64,000 nt of DNA from Acidobacteriota bacterium (GTDB lineage Bacteria; Acidobacteriota; UBA6911; RPQK01; JADFOI01). The position numbers and the translations under genes were made by a program. The stretch spans positions 928,001-992,000 of the forward strand of contig OY760074.1 of NCBI GenBank assembly GCA_963663035.1, written 5' to 3'. The notes beneath the pieces were generated by a model. The model was not told where the DNA came from. It saw nothing but the letters and a program-made list of their open reading frames with translations, and ran no database searches. Shown here in pieces: positions 59,518-64,000 of this stretch (the stretch's first letter is position 1; each line of letters starts with the position of its first letter).

Positions 59518-59907
59518 TCAGAGCACATCCTGGGTTCCAGAGCGGAAATAGAACACGTAGATAAAGCCGCCTGGAAACTCTCTGGTCTTCGTATAGTCAA
59601 CCACAATATCGATGTCCGGCTTGTGTTGGAATCTGTAGACTCGGACGTTCTCCGCTTGAACACTGAATTGTCTGGCCTGACCCAACTCGACCACTTGCTG
59701 GACAATGGATTGAGTGTCCTGTTGACTGATCTCCGAGCGACTGACCAGATCGAGCAGTCCCTCCTGAAAGGTTCCCTGTGCCGCGTAAATGGGAAGAATG
59801 ATGTAACCCAGGTAACCCAGAATGGCAAAAAGCATAGACATCACTATGAAATTTGAAGTTTTCTCTCTGCGTTTTTTTCGTCGTAGAGCGACTAAAGCAT
59901 GCGCCAT
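59518..59907 (-). CDS. Hypothetical pilin-like (DUF4845-like) membrane protein
   Basis: Basic N-terminus, one TM ending LPIY, C-terminal beta strands VDY..Y.FYF. Confidence 0.6.
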   Translation of the reverse strand: MAHALVALRRKKRREKTSNFIVMSMLFAILGYLGYIILPIYAAQGTFQEGLLDLVSRSEISQQDTQSIVQQVVELGQARQFSVQAENVRVYRFQHKPDIDIVVDYTKTREFPGGFIYVFYFRSGTQDVL

Positions 59908-60055
59908 TGGCTGTCCTTTCCTTGAGAAGTGATTAATTGTTTATGATTCTGACTCTATCGGAAAAATTAGACAGTGATACTCGTCACTGACCGCATGGCC
60001 GGTGGCGAAAAGCTTGCGATGGGGGACTCACAGAAGAGGGGGACAGGCGCCTGCT

Positions 60056-60331
60056 TTACTCGATTTCGCTGATCAAGGTGAAGAGCTCCTCGCGGGTGAA
60101 CTTATTGAGTGCGACGATGCGGGCTTCCGGGCGAAACTGCGGCGGCACCTGCTGCATCGCTCCCTCCCGACTGTCGACATCGGCGATTACCCAGGCGGAA
60201 TGTATGCCATCTTTGCAGCCCCAGTCCGCGTGGGTAAAGAAGTGGGCTCCGTATTTCTCGATCGCTTCAATCGCTCTTACGCAGGCGGCGTGCTCATCAT
60301 CATGTGTCAACTCGATCAAATATCGAGGCAT
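60056..60331 (-). CDS. Small hypothetical protein (91 aa)
   Basis: ATG 60331 after AGGGG; MPRYLIE...DWGCKDGIHSAW. Confidence 0.7.
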   Translation of the reverse strand: MPRYLIELTHDDEHAACVRAIEAIEKYGAHFFTHADWGCKDGIHSAWVIADVDSREGAMQQVPPQFRPEARIVALNKFTREELFTLISEIE

Positions 60332-60409
60332 GGGTTCAGCCCCTTTTTCTAAAGCTCTTGCAGAATGAAAAATCAAAACCTATCAAGTTTCCAACCTTGA
60401 ATCAACGGT

Positions 60410-62797
60410 TCATTGCACGACGGTCAACTCTTTCAGCTCGACTTCTCGAAACCTTTTTTCTTGCATGGAGTAATGAGACACCTGCCACTGCAATCCGTCG
60501 GTCTCAATTCTGAGAGTGCCCCACTGTGGGGTTTCCATGACTGGAATGCCAGCTTCCCGGAAGCGTCTGAGAGTCTCACTCGATGGGTGTCCAAAGAGGT
60601 TCTTTCGTCCCGCTGAGATGATCGCCAGGCGGGGTTGAGTTCTTTCCAACAATTGCTGTGAGTTGCTGGTTCGAGCTCCGTGGTGGGCGGCTTTCAAGAC
60701 GGTCACTGGGCCCAGTTTAGAGGCCAAATAGTACTCAGCGGCCTGCTCGATGTCTCCGGTAAACAGCATTTTAAAATCCTTGTACTGCAGCAGTACCACC
60801 AGAGAGCTGTCGTTGGTCTCCCAATGGTTCCCCATAGGACCTTGAGCCGGCGGATGGAGCACCAGGTGCTCGACGCCTGCAATGGAAAAACTGTCTCCCT
60901 CCTGAAGCTGGCGTCGAGGTGGTCCGTCTTGCCTGTTGGGAAAGTCGTGGAAGAACAGGCGGCCGATAGGGAAGGCTTGCTGGATGAAGTCGTACCCCTG
61001 AATGTGGTCGGAGTGGGGATGGGTGAGCAGAACATAGTTCAACCTCTGCGATTTTTCCTGCCAAAGGTAGCGGGAAACCAGGCGTTCTCCTACAAACTGG
61101 TTGGTCTCTTCAGGAGAATAGAACAAGCCTCCCGTGTCAATGAGTGCGTCCGTACCGTTGGGGTACCGAATATGAAGACTCTCTCCCTGGCCCACGTCAA
61201 GCATGGTGACAAAAAGCTTCCCTTGAGGGTGGAATGCCGGTTGTTGAAGCATCAGCCAGAGCCATACAGGAGTGAACAAGGCCACGACCTTGGTTTTTCC
61301 TGGAAGCAAATAGAAAGCGGATAGAAATAGCAGAAAGTAAAGCATGATCTCAAGAGGCTCAGGCTGGCGCACAAAGGTGACCCAGCTCAAGTGTTCCAGG
61401 CTCGTCATCAGGTGGAGTATGCACTCGGCATAGCTACCCAGCAGCTGAGCAAAAATGGGACCAGTAGGCAGCCAAAAGGTCAAAAAGAGTACAAGGCAGG
61501 CGGGAACAAGAAGTGTGAAAAATGGAACCAAAACAAGGTTGGCAAACCATTGCGTCCAGACCCATCGATTGGTGTAGTACAGGCTCACCGGGAGTGTCAG
61601 GAGCTGGATCAAACTGCCGCACAGGAGCAGGCTGAGGAGGTAAGCTGCAACCTTCCCCGAAGGACACAGAAAGAAAACGCTCAATTTTCGGGGCCAGAAG
61701 TTGAACTTTTCTTCGAGAAAAAATCGAACGCTGCGGCGCAGCCTCGTAGAGTTGTCTCGATCAACCAGGAGCCGCTGTGTAAATGCATCTTGAAAGCCTC
61801 GGGAGAGGCTTTGAATTTGAAGCTGATAGGGGAGTACAAACAGCCCTATCGTGGAAAGACACAGGAAGGAAAACTGAAAACCCGAAGAAAAAAGAGCAGC
61901 TGGAGACACTGCTAGCAAGATCAAGGCTGAGATGCCCAAAGCGTTGAGAAACTGCCGGGACAGACCGAAGCCAAGAAGCAGATAAAAAAGGGTCATCATG
62001 ATCCCGGCTCGTACGGCTGGAAGGCCTGCTCCAACCAGGATCACGTAAGTCCATAGTCCTGCCATAGTGAGAATTCGCCCAGGTAGCCCACAGCGACGAA
62101 AGCACCAATGGAGGAAAAGGACGATGATAGACACGTGGAAGCCAGAGACGACAAATAGATGGTAAATTCCTAATGTTTTAAGAAGGTTAGTATCTTTCTC
62201 TCCAAGTGTCTTACTCTGTCCCAGGAAGACGCTGAGAACCAACTTGAGTTGGGTGGTCTTGAAGGATTTCTGAAGAAAATCGTGAAAGCTTTGGACATAT
62301 CCAAAAAGGGGACGCAACAGGCGTCCACTTGGATGGTAACCTCTTCGTTCCACCTGCCGTGGCGACTTCAGGCGGACCCTGTGGAGGATTCCCCGGGTCC
62401 AGAGTACCTGGCGGAAGTCAGCCACTCCCGGAATCGCATAGTAAGGAGGGTCTTCCAGAAAGCTGTTGAAGCCGAGAATCTCACCGTATCCGAGAGGGGG
62501 ATCAAAATAGGTCTCGGGGGCCGAATTTGAAGAGGAGATATAGATCGCCAAGCGCCCAGGATACGAGATGAGTTCACCCTGTTGTTTGACCTGGAGGGGC
62601 CGAAGCTCCAGGTAAATGTGATCATCCAGGACCTGAGGCGGTTGGGAGATCCAGCCTTCGACCTCCGTCAGCCGATCGTCTTCGAGTCGGACTTGAGGCC
62701 GAATGACTTCGTAGCAACCCCCCAGGAGGGTACTTGCCACTGCGGCGATAACGAAACAGGGATTAAAAAGGCAGAAGGTCTTTAAGCGGTGAAGCAC
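60410..62797 (-). CDS. comEC: DNA uptake protein ComEC/Rec2
   Basis: HLFVVSGFH, VRAGIM, GFQFSF, LDVGQGES, LTHPHSDH, FTGDIE, HHGA. Confidence 0.94.
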   Translation of the reverse strand: MLHRLKTFCLFNPCFVIAAVASTLLGGCYEVIRPQVRLEDDRLTEVEGWISQPPQVLDDHIYLELRPLQVKQQGELISYPGRLAIYISSSNSAPETYFDPPLGYGEILGFNSFLEDPPYYAIPGVADFRQVLWTRGILHRVRLKSPRQVERRGYHPSGRLLRPLFGYVQSFHDFLQKSFKTTQLKLVLSVFLGQSKTLGEKDTNLLKTLGIYHLFVVSGFHVSIIVLFLHWCFRRCGLPGRILTMAGLWTYVILVGAGLPAVRAGIMMTLFYLLLGFGLSRQFLNALGISALILLAVSPAALFSSGFQFSFLCLSTIGLFVLPYQLQIQSLSRGFQDAFTQRLLVDRDNSTRLRRSVRFFLEEKFNFWPRKLSVFFLCPSGKVAAYLLSLLLCGSLIQLLTLPVSLYYTNRWVWTQWFANLVLVPFFTLLVPACLVLFLTFWLPTGPIFAQLLGSYAECILHLMTSLEHLSWVTFVRQPEPLEIMLYFLLFLSAFYLLPGKTKVVALFTPVWLWLMLQQPAFHPQGKLFVTMLDVGQGESLHIRYPNGTDALIDTGGLFYSPEETNQFVGERLVSRYLWQEKSQRLNYVLLTHPHSDHIQGYDFIQQAFPIGRLFFHDFPNRQDGPPRRQLQEGDSFSIAGVEHLVLHPPAQGPMGNHWETNDSSLVVLLQYKDFKMLFTGDIEQAAEYYLASKLGPVTVLKAAHHGARTSNSQQLLERTQPRLAIISAGRKNLFGHPSSETLRRFREAGIPVMETPQWGTLRIETDGLQWQVSHYSMQEKRFREVELKELTVVQ

Positions 62798-62951
62798 GTC
62801 TTTAGATCCCTCATCCCACAGCTCACGGATCCGAATCTCAGGACTCTTCGGCTACAACGCTGCAACACGACAAAGTACGAAGAATTCTTTCTGAATGAGA
62901 AACTGACCTAAGAGACTCTCATCCGTTTGGTTAGAGGGTAGACGGCTCAGG

Positions 62952-62978
62952 AAAGTCAGACCCGCAGTCTGACTTTTT
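62952..62978 (+). terminator. Intrinsic terminator-like hairpin
   Basis: AAAGTCAGAC-CCGCA-GTCTGACTTT-TT. Confidence 0.5.
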
Positions 62979-63061
62979 ACCAAGGGACCTCGTGACTTTG
63001 AAGAAATAACGAGTTCGTGATGATCAGCCTAATGGATTGATTCTAAATTAGTTGCCTTAAT

Positions 63062-63081
63062 TTATTGAGCCCTTTCAATAA
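63062..63081. promoter_or_regulatory. Palindromic operator candidate (CRP/FNR-like spacing)
   Basis: TTATTGA-GCCCTT-TCAATAA about 45 bp upstream of the next start. Confidence 0.45.
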
Positions 63082-63125
63082 TTGGCCTCCTGATTGCAGT
63101 GGTGCACAAGCATGGAGGGAGGCCA

Positions 63126-64000
<875 letters not shown>

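Overview
Core chromosomal segment of a diderm bacterium; gene content and order suggest Acidobacteriota (inference, no database check). Positions 1-37,200 hold a long, mostly co-oriented housekeeping/envelope run: SPOR protein, lnt, prfB (+1 programmed frameshift), a Fur-rubrerythrin fusion, recJ, an LptC/LptA fusion, lptB, rpoN, hprK, rapZ, PTS IIA/HPr/EI, ribH, nusB, lysS, lolE/lolD, clpC, bamA, two skp, lpxD-fabZ-lpxA-lpxI, miaA and gatB. Next come a UbiD decarboxylase, a beta-propeller gene plus tRNA-Leu(CAG) bracketed by inverted REP clusters, an alternative complex III operon (actABCDEF), rnr, selA, purH and coaX. A small accessory patch (54.9-60.4 kb) carries integron-cassette-like signatures and a deletion chimera, followed by comEC and a partial poly-Asp beta-propeller gene. 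The most unusual signal is a family of TA-targeting MITEs. Two copies sit inside codons 3-6 of genes (lnt and a Gfo/Idh/MocA oxidoreductase). Each turns the old start into an open leader ORF running through the element and supplies an in-frame replacement start codon from its own terminal repeat. Two other MITEs sit in stop codons and regenerate them. No transposase, integrase, CRISPR array or rRNA was found. All calls come from reading motifs by eye; no searches were run.
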